Below, one piece after another: positions 25,908 to 39,065 of a DNA stretch of 64,000 nt (position 1 is its first letter; every line of letters begins with the position of its first letter). Origin of the DNA: Octopus sinensis (Eukaryota); NCBI RefSeq assembly GCF_006345805.1, contig NC_043012.1:52018001-52082000 (forward strand), written 5' to 3'. A program made the position numbers and the translations under genes. The notes under the pieces were generated by a model. It did not search any database. It had not been told where the DNA came from and was given only the letters and a program-made list of their open reading frames with translations.

Positions 25908-26984
25908 GTTTTTTTCTCGTCATGGTTTAGTCTTTATTGAGAAGATGCAATCTTTTATGGAAAAATATATATAATCATTACACACTAAGTCATATCTTTT
26001 CTCTTGTGCATAACGTAAGATTTTGAAGGAAGTTTGACTAATATTTCTAGTAGGTTGATTGGTTGTAGTAGGTGTTACACTTGTGGACAGGAACCCGTAG
26101 TTTCGAATCCTCCACCAGGCAACATATTATGTCTTTCAGCAGGACATTTCATTTCTCATTTCTGGTGTCAGCAGCTCAAATATTTATCATGCTGAAAGAA
26201 TGCCCCACGTCCATCCAATTGTTACACACTGTAAGTTCAACTATCGCACCCATAGAAGGTCCAATTAAGCCTGTGTGCCTCCGTGTGGTATATCTCCGAC
26301 AATGTAGGCACATGTGTTATATCTCCGAAAATATAGGCACCTTCACAAATTTGTGAAAGCATGGTTCATGTTGCTAAAGTCAAACAAGCATAACTAAAAT
26401 TTTTCAAATAATAATGGGACATTTGATGGCGAAGTAAGTTACAATTTCAGTATATGTGGTATATCCAAGATGAAGTAATCCGAGATTAATTTGCAAAATC
26501 TCACAGAATTTTAAAGAGAAACGATTAAAGAAAATACAAATAATGCAACGATATCTAAAAAAAATTGAGTATTAGGATACATTCCGAAATTATATAAGCG
26601 ACCAAGTATAATTCCTCATCACAACGAGATAAATAATAAATGCAAAAAGGAAGAATAGATTCAGACATACAGACAGCAAAGAGATAATGATAGGCAACAA
26701 AAAATGAGGAGAATTATAGGAAAACAAACATTATAGAAAGGAAAATTATGAGAATGAATAAAAAACAAAATAAAGACTGCTTGACATTTCGATGTATGAT
26801 GCAGACGACAGTTTTGAGATCTATGATTTGGATTGTATTTCAGACAATGTTTTGTTGACTAGATGATGGGAAAAAATAATTACGATATACAATTATGTAT
26901 CCTTCTACAGTAATTTGCATCACTTCCATCTCGCTTTTAACTTCGCATACACGACACCACCCATGACACACACAGGCATATATA

Positions 26985-26986
26985 TT

Positions 26987-27032
<46 letters not shown>

Positions 27033-27294
27033 TATATATATGTGTTTGTGTGTGCGTGTATAAATATATATATATATATATGCATGTCTGTCTGTATGTA
27101 TTTATGTATGTATGTATGTATGTATGTAGAGGTATGTTCAAACGTGTAGCTATAAAATTATGTCTAAATTTACTGCCGCACAAATACTGATGTACACTCA
27201 TGGAAGCGCACTGAAATGCAAAAGGCGTACATATACGGAAACGATGACCAAGTATATGACTGCTCAGATTGGCAGTTTACACACATAAGATATA

Positions 27295-27357
<63 letters not shown>

Positions 27358-27365
27358 ATTTATGC

Positions 27366-27456
<91 letters not shown>

Positions 27457-27539
27457 TGATGATGTACAGGAAAGAGTAAGTGAATGAAATCGAAAAATAG
27501 ACAGACAGAAAAGGAGACAGGTAGACAGATAAGATAGAC

Positions 27540-27632
<93 letters not shown>

Positions 27633-27700
27633 GAGATAGAGAGATAGATAGATAGATAGATACATAGATACATAGATAGATACATAGATAGATAGAAATG
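26985..27700. repeat. Compound microsatellite (TA/TG/GA/GATA)
   Basis: Direct observation. Confidence 0.95.
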
Positions 27701-28001
27701 TAGTGAAATAGAGAGACACAGAAGCAGAGGGGTATGACAAATTCAATGTATTGTTTGAGTAGCAAATAGAATTCCCGACCGCTATTCATTCACACTAGTG
27801 CTTTCTCATCACAAATGTAGCAATCAAGTGCCGTCGTGCTTGTTGGTTCTCTTTCGCATTCTGCCTCTCCAAAACAAATCAACTCTTTTAACACGTGAAG
27901 AAGAAAACAACCCCTATTATTTACGACACCACTTTTGCCACACTAGCAAGAATTGAGATCGCAAACAAGGAATAAGTGACAGACGCGCACATACACACGC
28001 A

Positions 28002-28040
<39 letters not shown>

Positions 28041-28469
28041 CAAAGTGGAGTTGTAAGGTACCGCACGAGTGGAATTATATACGAAAGAAGGTATGAAAAT
28101 GCAATTTTAAAAGATGTTTATTTACTTTACCGGTTTCACTCTTTAGAAAAAGATTGTCAAAAGTAACATGTAAAAGTTTGGTTGTGTTAATTATTGGTTG
28201 TCACAAATTGGTACGATATATATATATATATATATATACAGTCTTTGGTAACAAGGTCATGTTAAGGACATAAAAATGTTTAACAAGTTCATGAAAATAT
28301 TGGGCACAAAAGATTCCAACATCAATATACATTCTCAAGAAAATGTTAAAGATAGTTTCCAGAAGGAATTATTAAAACGTTCAGTGGAATATTGGTATAC
28401 ACGCACAGAATATTATGAGTTCAGAATGGTTTACATTATGATAGTAGGCAAGTTCAATACACAAATTGG

Positions 28470-28585
28470 GTAACAACGCCAAACATCCAGACAGTTAGGT
28501 GATACAAAAATAGGGAAAACCAAACATCCAGTCATTCGATACAAAGAAAACAAGGACAATCGTCTGTCCTTGTTTTCTTTGTATC
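28470..28585. repeat. Interspersed repeat fragment (second copy at ~47265-47345) ending in a 21-bp perfect fold-back
   Basis: aaacatcc.gaca.taggtgatacaaaaa...gatacaaagaaaacaaggac is shared with 47265-47345. 28538-28558 is the exact reverse complement of 28565-28585. Confidence 0.8.
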
Positions 28586-28790
28586 AGCGTGCTTCCATAA
28601 AGTCTCCTGCTGGGGAAACTGTAGCCGAAACAGTTGTCATACTACGAGTAGATTATAAGGACGTTGCCATAAGCAAAACACAAGTTTACCAGTGGATTTC
28701 AGGCCTTAGGAATGTTGACTTGTCGCTTGAGGACCAATCTCGTTCAGGTCGACCGCCGGACTCCTTAACGAATGAAAACAAAAAAAGTCA
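28586..28790 (+). mobile_element. Mariner transposase N-terminal (HTH) fragment
   Basis: QRASIK...GETVAETVVILRVDYKDVAISKTQVYQWISGLRNVDLSLEDQSRSGRP matches the mariner ...VYEWF.RFK.G..SLED..RSGRP motif. Confidence 0.8.
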
Positions 28791-29104
28791 TGAAGTTCAT
28801 TCATCCGCCCCGCCTTCATGAAAGTGAAATTGGTTATTATGACGTGTGAAATCTCTAGTTAGAGAAACACAATTATGAAACCGATTTCTCTACAGATTAG
28901 AATAACCGGTTTCATCTTTGTGTTACTCTAAAGATGAAACCGGTTAGTGAGTAACCGGTTTCATCATTATCAGTAATCATATCAATAAGTTATGAAACTC
29001 ATATCTTATTGATTGCAGTTTAGGTTTCTATTCTGGGCCACTAAATAATGCATTCATATTGGTCCAGTGCACACAGCAAACAGAAGTCACGCAACGACAG
29101 ACCT

Positions 29105-29780
29105 GCGTCTCATCCGCGAAATTTTTTCGCACAAGAGTTCCGGACCCCAGTAATGAACTCATTTGCATAAGCCAATCAGAACTCACCTTGAAAACCTAGA
29201 TACTGTTTACTACTACACTAGAGTCAGTCAAGAATAGAATGGTGTATGCCCCTGTGAGTACAGCATAACATGATTCATATAAGCACCACATTACCGCCCC
29301 CTATCGTCATAGATCAATTGAGCACCATCTGTATATGGGGCTAACATTAGGTACCTATGCTCAGACTGGGATTAGTGATACAGCATGTATCCTTTGAGCG
29401 TAATATGACACAGCGCCTACTGATTACGATGTTTCCAAATCAACACCAACATTTTAAATGAGGAATATTCAAAATCAGCAAAAACTTAGGGAACTACACG
29501 CATTTATATTTTCTAGCAAATTTCGCAAATTGGCAACATTTATGGCATCATCGGTAGGCAGCTCTCCTTTCACATTATACAATAAATTTCACATTGGTCA
29601 CCCCTATTAACCCGCTTAGAACAGTTAGATTTTGCTAAAATGCACATTTCCACTGCACTCAACCAGAGTATTTTCGTGATTAGGTGGACATGAGTTTCGT
29701 AGTTGAGCTCTGATTGGCTGTATGCAAATAAGTTTATAACTGGGGTCCGGAACTCTCGTGAGAAAAATAATTTCGCGTCT
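29105..29780. mobile_element. Putative TIR element, copy 2 (arms 29105-29187 and 29704-29780)
   Basis: cgcgaaatt...gagttccggaccccagt.atgaactcatttgcataagccaatcaga.ctca on the left is inverted on the right. The arms are homologous to those at 10140-10675. Confidence 0.6.
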
Positions 29781-30084
29781 CGTCCAATGGGGAGATATAT
29801 ACGTCACAGCATCCGGGAAATCGTTCGTATAAGCCTATGCCACAGGAGAGATCTTTGATCCTTTCCGATGCATGTATATATGTATACATGCATACATACA
29901 TACATACACGGACACATACACAAACACACATACATACATACATACACACACATAAAAGTAACGTTTATAGCCACGTCAATTTGATTTTTCAGTAGGAACT
30001 GATGTTACTGCCGTTTGAACGCCAGAAGAAGCCTCCTCCAGCTGGTTATCGATACAATATATATCGGTTCAGTTTGCATCGATA

Positions 30085-30388
30085 GGAGGTGCAATGACCC
30101 AGTGGTTAGGACAGCGGTCTCGTGGTCGGAGGATCGCGGTTTCGATTTCCAGTCTGGGTCTTGTGTATGTTTATTGAGTGAAAACATCTAAAAGCTCCAC
30201 GAGGCTCCGGCAGTGGGGGGGGGGGTGACCCCAGTTTTACTCTTTCGCCACAATTTTCTCTCACTCTCTCTTCCTGTTTCTTGAGTAACGCTGCGATGGA
30301 CTGGCGTCCTGTCCATCTGGGGCGAACACATACGCCAGAGAAACCGGGAAACCGGGCCCATGAGCCTGGCTAGTCTTGAAAAAGGCGA
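30085..30388 (+). mobile_element. SINE family B, full length
   Basis: ggaggtgcaatgacccagtggttagg...ggtttcgatttcc head; gcgatggactggcgtcctgtcc and gaaaccgggaaaccgggccc tail. Confidence 0.9.
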
Positions 30389-30941
30389 CGTTTATCGTTT
30401 GCATCGATAACCAGCTTGTGGAGGCTCCTTCTGGAGTTAAGAAATGTAGTAACTTCGGTTTCTACAGAATAATCAAATTAAAGTGGTGATAAACCTTACT
30501 TCTCAGTATAGTTACTGCTTCCATCTCTTATAGATATTTTCTAATTTGCTACTTTGCTCGTTGTCTTATAAGATATAGTTTCCGGTAAAAACTGTGATTC
30601 CCTATGCAAAGCTCGTCCCCTGTTATTGGCCACCGGATGTCATCATACATTGCAAAAGCTCTTGCTCTTGGATATGCATCGGGATTTCCACTGTATCTGT
30701 AGTGTTTATATAAATAGATGAATAGGAGAAAATTTTCGACGGCATTCTTTAAAATCGATTTATTTAAGTTCAGCAATTTGTCTACAAATATCTGAAATTA
30801 GCACCCTCCTTTACTTGTCTGTATGAGTGTATATCTGCTTCCTTCAAGCTATCAATTGGTTTGTTATTTTGCATACTTGTATACGAAGCCTACACCATCC
30901 CATGTTTGGATAAATAAAATATACGAAATAGTTTGTTTGGT

Positions 30942-31235
30942 CCTTCTCAAGCCATATCTAGCTCATAAGGGCCGGTTTCCCAGTTTCCTTGGCGTATAAT
31001 TTCCCCACCTCTTTGGCGTATAATTTCCCTTGCAGGTGAGCTGCAAGATGCAGGAGGAAAGAGTGAGAGAAAGTTGTGGCGAAAGAGTCAGCATAAGTTC
31101 GCCATTGCCTTCTGCCGGAGCTGCGTGGAGCTTAGGTGTTTCGCTCATAAACACACACATCGCCCGATCTGAGATTTGAACCCGCGATCCCTCGACCACG
31201 AGTCCGCTGCTCTAACCACTAGGCCATGTGCCTCC
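30942..31235 (-). mobile_element. SINE family B, near full length
   Basis: Very similar to 13030-13325, same orientation. Confidence 0.9.
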
Positions 31236-34200
31236 AGTTACGGAATACTACTAGGAAAGAAAGCAGCGTAGCCGCAACCTTGTAAATGTAATAACAGAAA
31301 GTTTAAAATATAAAATAACTAGGATAATAGACTATGTAGAAATGTTTTAGAGAGTGCTAGTAACGTCAGTATTAATTTCGTACCTATTATTTTGTCCTCT
31401 AGATGATTAAACCATAAATAGTATTAATGATTAAATTATGATACGAAATGGAGTGGCGGTAAAAATCTATCGTTGTACACAAATTTCTGAGATATACGCT
31501 CAGTTAAACTGAAATGACAGCCATATTGACAATCGAGAGAGAAAACAACAAATCTTCAAATTCGTTCTAAAAACCTCAATACTTTCTCCGCGATGGAAAC
31601 TTGACATTTTGTAAACCATGCTTCAGCTAAAATATGTTGCTGCTTCAGCAAATTTTCCGCGTTCTGTATCATCACATTCTTTGCCATCGTGAAATATGTC
31701 GACCCATCAGAAATTTTGGTGCTATATTTCACTTTGCTTTCTTTATTGACTGCTTCATCATTGTATAAACGCAAATGTGTCTTTATTCCATACGTAAACC
31801 ATGTTTTGGTTTTTCCAAGAACGTTTAACGTCGTTTGAAGGGTCCTAGGCTACTTTGTGTGAAAAATTATACGACGAGTTAACATTCACTCGTTCGCTTG
31901 TGACTCTTTCAATGCCGATTCTGGAACCAAATAAAATTCCTAATCAAAGTTCTTCAGATTCGTTAGTTTTAATTTTTTCCCTATATTACTAGATGTATTA
32001 AAACCTTCTTTTATGACATATGGTATCTCTTCCAGTGTACAGGATGCACCGAAAGCGAATTCGGTTAGACAAGTGGATGTAAAGTACACATTGCTTTATA
32101 TATCCTAGATATTCTTCTTTTGTTTTGCATTTTATTTTTTATTTTTTTCAAAGTAAAAGAGTGTCAAAAAATTGCCATACTTCCTATATACAAGGTTGAG
32201 TCTATATTACATGTGTTAATGTGCTAAAGGCATTTTCTCGGAATACACTACCGTGCTTGTGTTGAATCTAATATATCCGTTCACCAACTACACTAAATAC
32301 ACCAAAGAAAAGCAAAATACTTACGGTTCCTGTTTGAAAAAAAAATATTCATGGACGTATTACATGTGATTTGAACGCACAATATATATCAGAGTAAGGT
32401 GAACATCGTCACTGCATTTTCGCCCTCCTTTGATATAATACCATGCATCTGTTTCTCGTTTGCCGAATCGAAATCCCAGCTTCGATATGTAAGAGACAGT
32501 GACTAATACTGAATGTCTATTGGGCAATACAAAACTCCGTGAACACAATTGAAATAGCATGAAAGTAAAATCGCCATCTTTGTATCTTACTAAATGTATA
32601 TACAGCATTGAAAGCTATGAAACTCTGACATTCGTTCACAATACCAGTAAAGGCATTATCCCCTGTTTTACATATGCCAAAGCAAAAACCTCGGTTTGGC
32701 AAGTGGAAAACGGATGCAGAGCATGGAAAATCGCCAAGTATGGCGAAACGCGTCTGTCATTCTCAAGAGTACCTACTGCAATGATGTTTACCTCATAACT
32801 ATATATAATGCTCTGTTGTATTTGGGGAGAGTCAAGAATATTAAAAAAGGTTGCAAGACGCAACGAAAATTTTAGGAAAATAAAAATAAGTGGAATATAA
32901 GTGGAAATTTTACCGGTGAGTGTGTTAAATTATAAGGCACAAAAATAAAATGACTCTCCCCCAGACACAAAAGAATATGATTCAACACACGTACTCACAT
33001 AAAGAATTTTGCAAACCTAATCCAAAAACGAAATATATATAATGGGTATTTCATTTATGTGAATGAAGACATTCTCACGTTGACAAAATCGGAACATCTT
33101 GCCTTTGAAACAGATATATACATTTACCATAATAGAGTGCGATATTTATTTAATGCAGTTTTATTTGCGTTCATTGAAGTCTAGCAGTGTATTTTGTACT
33201 TGTTATTCGTAACTGTATATATTGGTAAGGAAAGGAATGTAATTAGAGATTTAATATGCTCATAGATTCTCAATACCCATGTAGTGAATACCTTGTGTCC
33301 TCAAAGTTCGTTATGGATTTCGGGTCAGATATATATTCCCGTCAGGTAAAGCACTGGGGACTGAAAAAATATATGGGGACATGAATTAGGCGGTTAATTG
33401 CGTTCCAGATTTTTAGCTCATTCGTACCTCATGTTATAGTGCATATATTTCAGCAGATTATTTATTTGTGAGTGTGACTCTATGAAGGGGGAATCTAATA
33501 ATACTATTCTGACCTCATGCGGAAATATTCACTGTAAACAGGCGACAAAGAGAGGAAACCAGAAAAAGGAAAAATTAACTACGCAACAGACAATGTCGAG
33601 GGTTACACTCATACGTGAACACATTTATAGAATGGCTGCTGTAATTCATAGCCTCTGGGAGTGGCATGGATTGTTGCATTTGAGCAATTTATCACAATTT
33701 ACGAACCGTTATGCATTGTGTTTTCATTTATAAAACAATGTTGCTTCTGGATATTGATTTCGCATACTTTGTGTAAAATACGTTTGCATCCCACGTGCCA
33801 GCTTCTGGACATTGGTGAGATAAGTTGTAATCCCGTGTGCGTCATCTTATAGAAAGGCACAACAATTCGACATAACAAGTTCCGGTCAGTCTGCGAGAGA
33901 ATAATTTAAGCATATGACGAGTTATCCTACGATGGAAAAATAATGATCGGTGAGTGGAGTGCCAAGGTCATTTGAAAGTCAGAGTTGATATTGTAGGTTC
34001 TCAGCCAAGATGGACAACAGTTCAACGCATAATAATGCATGGATGCCACCGTTCTGGTATAGAAAAAAAATCATCTTCTTTAGGGGTTTGGCTTCACAGC
34101 CAACACAGCGTTGCAGTTCAAGTTGGAGTTCACGTAAACTAAACGCCTCTTCAATCATTCTACTCTAGAGACTTCAAACGCTATTGCATTTCTTGTCTTC

Positions 34201-34276
34201 AGTTTATAAAAGAAATATTAATATATGCATGTATGTATATGTTTGTATGTATGGATACCTATATATCTATCTATCA

Positions 34277-34359
<83 letters not shown>

Positions 34360-34850
34360 AAACTATCTATCTATATATATTTATATATATATATTATTAT
34401 AACATAGTATAGACAGATAGATATAGGAAAATAAACGCGCACACTTAGACAGACACTCGCTTATGCATACGTATGTACGTATACGTGTCTGCCTGTCTGT
34501 CTGCCTGCCATTCAGTCTGTCTGTCTATCTGGAGGTATGTATGTATGCATGTATGTATGTATGTGTGTATATGTATATATATGTATATATCTATGTACAT
34601 ATGTATAAATTGCTGGTGCGTTACCTCTGCTCTGCTTCGATGTTATGCAGTACAATGCATTATATCGACAGGATTTAGTCAACAACATATACATAGATAA
34701 ATGTAAACATCATGCTTACAGGAGAGAATACCTTCGTGGTTAGACAAAGAGGGATCAATCAACGAGACAGCTTTGAATGCATCAGCGATCGTTCACCCAT
34801 CTTCGCTACTCACGGTCACACTGATTCTCATATACACGCAAATACATTGG

Positions 34851-34892
<42 letters not shown>

Positions 34893-35290
34893 GGTGTAGG
34901 AGTGGCTGTGTGATAAGTAGCTTGCTTACGAACCACATGGTTCCGGGTTCAGTCCCACTGTGTGGCACCTTAGGTGTCTTCAACTATAGCCTCGCGCCGA
35001 CCAAAGCCTTGTGGGTAGGTTTGGTAGACGGAAACTGAAGAGATACCCGTCGTATATATGTATATATATGTATGTGTATGTGTGTGTATAGTGTATATGT
35101 TTGTGTATCTGTGTTTGATCTCCCAACATCACTTGACAACCGATGCTGGTGTGTTTACGACCCCGTAACTTAGCGGTTTGGCCAAAGAGACCGATAGAAT
35201 AAGTACTAGGTTTACAAAGTCCTGGGGGTCGATTTGCTCGACTAAAGGCGGTACTCCAGCATGACCACAGTCAAATGACTGAAACAAGTA
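34893..35290 (+). mobile_element. SINE family A, full length
   Basis: Same head/core/tail as 22733-23130. Confidence 0.92.
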
Positions 35291-35414
35291 TATATATATA
35301 TATATATATATACATCTGCTTGTATGTAGTTAAATATACGTATATCTATGTTTATGTATGTTTGTGCCATATTAACCATTTGTTCATATAACATTCTCCA
35401 CGCGTGAAATATAG

Positions 35415-35610
35415 TTTTTTTAATATCTTTTATCTTTTGTTTCAGTCAGTTCACTGCGGCCATGCTGGTGCACCACCTTCAAGGCTTTTAGTCAATCAAA
35501 TCAACGTTGGCGCTTCTTTATTTTAAGCCTGGTATTTATTCTGTCGGTTTCTTTGGCCGAACCTCTAGGTAACGGTGTATTAATCTCCTGGCGCAGGATG
35601 TCTAGCGGTG
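35415..35610 (-). mobile_element. SINE family A 3' fragment, diverged
   Basis: ttgtttcagtca.ttcactgcggccatgctgg.gcaccacc...tttggccgaacc.ctag.taacgg. Confidence 0.7.
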
Positions 35611-36186
35611 GTGGAGGACAAACACATACACATAGACAAGCACACGCAAAGATACATCCATTCATCCATCCATCCATACATGCATAGCTATGTAAAGAAG
35701 TGCCGATCTCTGTGCAGGGAACCTTCGGTAGACCCAGGAAGACCAAGAGGTCTCGGAGTGACCAAGACCTTTGCCAATACCCGTCAAGCCAAGTGAAATC
35801 GATCGTATTCGTAGCTGATGCTGGTGTCACGTAACTGGCATCGGTGACGGTGGCACGTAAAGAAAATCTTTCGAGCGTTGGGTCTCACAGAAGCAAAGTG
35901 GCGGAGTGCCTTTCGAGTGTTGGGCCTCACGAGGGCAATGAGCGAGAACTTTGGCATTATGTCATGCTTGAGAAGACTCATCAAGCCGAGCAAAAGCGCA
36001 GTTGTTACAGATACAAGTGTCACGCAAATTGCACCCGTGCGAGCGGTACGTAGAGATACCCGTTATACTCTTGGAGTGGTCGGCGTTAGGAAGGACATTC
36101 AGCTGTAGTTTTCCATAGTTAAAACCGTGCATCCCACGCCACCATGAACAGCGGATGTTAAATGAGGAAGTTGATGATGCTGACGA

Positions 36187-36223
<37 letters not shown>

Positions 36224-36261
36224 GTCGTCAGCGTCATCATCTTCCTCATTTAACCTCCGCT

Positions 36262-36320
<59 letters not shown>

Positions 36321-36325
<5 letters not shown>

Positions 36326-37110
36326 GGTGTGGTGAATATATTGTCGTCTAAATTACGTAAAAATGAAAATAACACTGACATCTCATTTTAACAGATGTAT
36401 TTATCAAAATGACATAAAGATATCTCGAAATACTACAGAGAAATTTTATTCAATAAAATCGCAATCAGCTTCTACCACGACCTCCAGAAGACTTCGGAAT
36501 CTTCTGCAACTCTTCTGGACGGTCTTTCTGTTTATGTCGGTGAATGTTGCTGTAATCCTTGCCTTCAGTTCATGTTTGGTTTTACAAGGAGTTTTGTTGG
36601 TCTCTCGCTCAAATGTGCCCCACACATAATAATGAGGGGTGTTGCAGTCTGTGGAGTTTGGTAGCCAAATTTTCGTGGTGATGTGGTCGAAGAAATGGTC
36701 TGACGGCCATGACTGGGTTCTCCTGCTTTTGTGGCATGGTGCTGAGTCGTTTTTCCAGACATAGTATCTTCCAGCAGTCACCCTCTTGACCCGGCCCAGC
36801 ACTATCACCTCCCGGCACTTGATGTAGACCACCATATTGAGTCTGAGGCCGTGCGGGGAGATGAATAGAGGCATAACGTCTCTGTCACTAGTGATCATTC
36901 CAAACAGCATGACGTTATCTGGAAGTTTGATTTTTATCCCTCTCGGTACTTGTCCTCATATTGAACTGTTCTCAGATTGACACCCAAACACACTGATACT
37001 CGTATTGGAGCTCCCGGCGCCAATGTCAAGAAGTACAGCATGTTTTTTTCTAAATTTCTGCCACAGTGAATCGCATCATTGTGCTGTTTTCTCACAGATA
37101 GTGCTCAACT
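36321..37110 (-). mobile_element. maT/Bmmar1-like (DD37D) transposon remnant
   Basis: ORF 36446-36910 YVWKNDSAPCH...WLPNSTDCNTPHYYVWG has 37 residues between the second D and the position of the third catalytic D (now H). A TA+cagggtgtgg terminus lies at 36321. Confidence 0.85.
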
Positions 37111-37222
37111 AACCCCACTATATTGTGTAGTCGAGAAGTTCAAAACCAAACAGTGCGCATGCACGAAATTAAAGATATAAAATGGTACCAATTTACTCAT
37201 TTCACCCCCTCTCTCTCTGTAT

Positions 37223-37285
<63 letters not shown>

Positions 37286-37287
<2 letters not shown>

Positions 37288-37455
37288 ACGAGCTTCTTTC
37301 TGCTCCCGTCTACCGAATCCACTCACAAAAATCTGGCTTCCCCAAGGCTATAGTGGTTATAGTTGAAAACACTTGCCCAAGGGGATATGCAGTAGGACGG
37401 AACCCGAACTACATTTTTGGAAAGCAAGCGTCTTACCACGCAGCCATGTCTGTGC
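37286..37455 (-). mobile_element. SINE family A 5' part
   Basis: Reverse complement of the head and core. Confidence 0.8.
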
Positions 37456-38909
37456 GTTTATGGTAAATCTTTCACTCAAAATTGATATACATATATATAT
37501 ATGAATTTTCTGCGATGGAGTTTTGCACAAATCCCGTATCGGGTACATGGCTGCTTGATTTCAGAAAGAGATAGTTAAACGTGTTCGAGCGATATTTGTA
37601 ATTTTATTGTTCGTTTATATTTTAAATTGTTGCTTACATAGGTTTGGCCTATGATACTTTACCAAGTGAAGTAAAGTAGTGCATCTATCCAGGAAATGTG
37701 AAAGGTGATTTTCAATATATGAATTGTTAGTCTTGATTTAATATCGATCTCTCATATGCATATCTACACAATACCTTTGATATCGTTACTGATACAGTTG
37801 ATGAAGTGAGAATGGCTTTCTTACCAGTATACAACCAAAAGAATTCGATTAATGGATCCAGGAATCTACCAGCCGCTTCAACGGGTAGATCATGAAACGC
37901 AAAATCATGGTGGAAACTTTTAGTGTTTTATTGCTATGCTTTGTTCTCTGATATCGCCTCTTTGTACACTCTTCTCAAGTTTACATGTGAAGTTTTACAC
38001 AGGCGAAAAGGTGAAACAGTCAAACTAAGCGACTCTTCAAATATGCTCATTGCAAGGTTTCAATGTATATTTTTTCTGTGTTATTCCAATATCAATACTT
38101 CAAAGCGATGCACAAATGTAGCAACTGTATCTGCTTAGATACGAAGCACAGGATAAGAAATTAGAATGAATTTCATTACAGAAAGCGGTAGAAGAATTAG
38201 GTGACCACTCGCCACCATGAGAGCTACGGTAAACATCATTCTTAAAATATTTCTTACTTTTTGCACATCGCAACAAGAAATAAATTGAAAATACCCGAAT
38301 TTGGCAGATTTCCTACTTGAATCGTAGAAGCATGAAATAAATCAATCAGAAAACTTGGGCTTCATGCACATTCGCACAAGGAAATAATAGAGACTGGCTT
38401 CATTACAGGATACTTTTTATGCAACCTATAGATTGCTAACTGAAATGAGCCCTGACATTTTTAGAAAGAGACGAGATTTGAAAAAAAAAAATAGGGCAAA
38501 GGCATTTGTGGAATCCATTGCAGAGAATGACGAGATAACTAAGGTTTGTGTTGATTTTAAGTTAAGTTAGTTCACACCAGTTAGAAAGATTGCTGTGATT
38601 ACAATCGGAGTGAACGACTCATAACACAATGATTTTAAAAAGTCATATATTCTGGTATTCTCTGCAAACCTTTTAATTTACTCGATATTTTGTCCATAAT
38701 GTATGCTAAATTATTATCGTCATAATTCTTGTTCATATTTATTTCTATCACTATCCATTTCTTTTTTTTACCCATTTTAATAAGTATTAAATTCTGTGTT
38801 TGCAGAGACATAAAAATACCAGTAAATGATATAGATTATGAATTTTCCTCTTAAGTCCGAACAAACTCTGATATTTTGTTTTCTATCATTATTATATTGG
38901 AATCTAAAC

Positions 38910-39065
38910 CCGTGATCTGACATAATAGTTAGCACGCTTGAAAAAATGATTAAGCGGTATTCCGTCCGTCTTTATGTTCCGAGTTCAAATTCCACTGGAG
39001 TTGACTTTGTATTTCATCCTTTCCGGGTCGATAAAATAAGCACCAACTGAGCAATGCGGTCGAAG
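38910..39065 (+). mobile_element. SINE family C, diverged
   Basis: gttagcacgc...ttaagcggtattccgtcc...gagttcaaattccac.ggagttgactttg..tttcatcctttc.gggtcgataaaataag.acca. Confidence 0.8.

Noticed and set aside
26072-26400. Possible Tc1 remnant (FFQHD on the minus strand)
   Set aside because: A single short motif with no supporting flanking motifs or TIR.
30085-30160. tRNA gene calls at SINE heads
   Set aside because: A/B boxes are present but there is no complete cloverleaf, and each continues into a repeated SINE body.
35690-36170. GC-richer segment containing gttaggaaggacattcagctgtag, probably another SINE-like repeat
   Set aside because: Only one copy in the window and no clear head, so it cannot be classified from this sequence alone.
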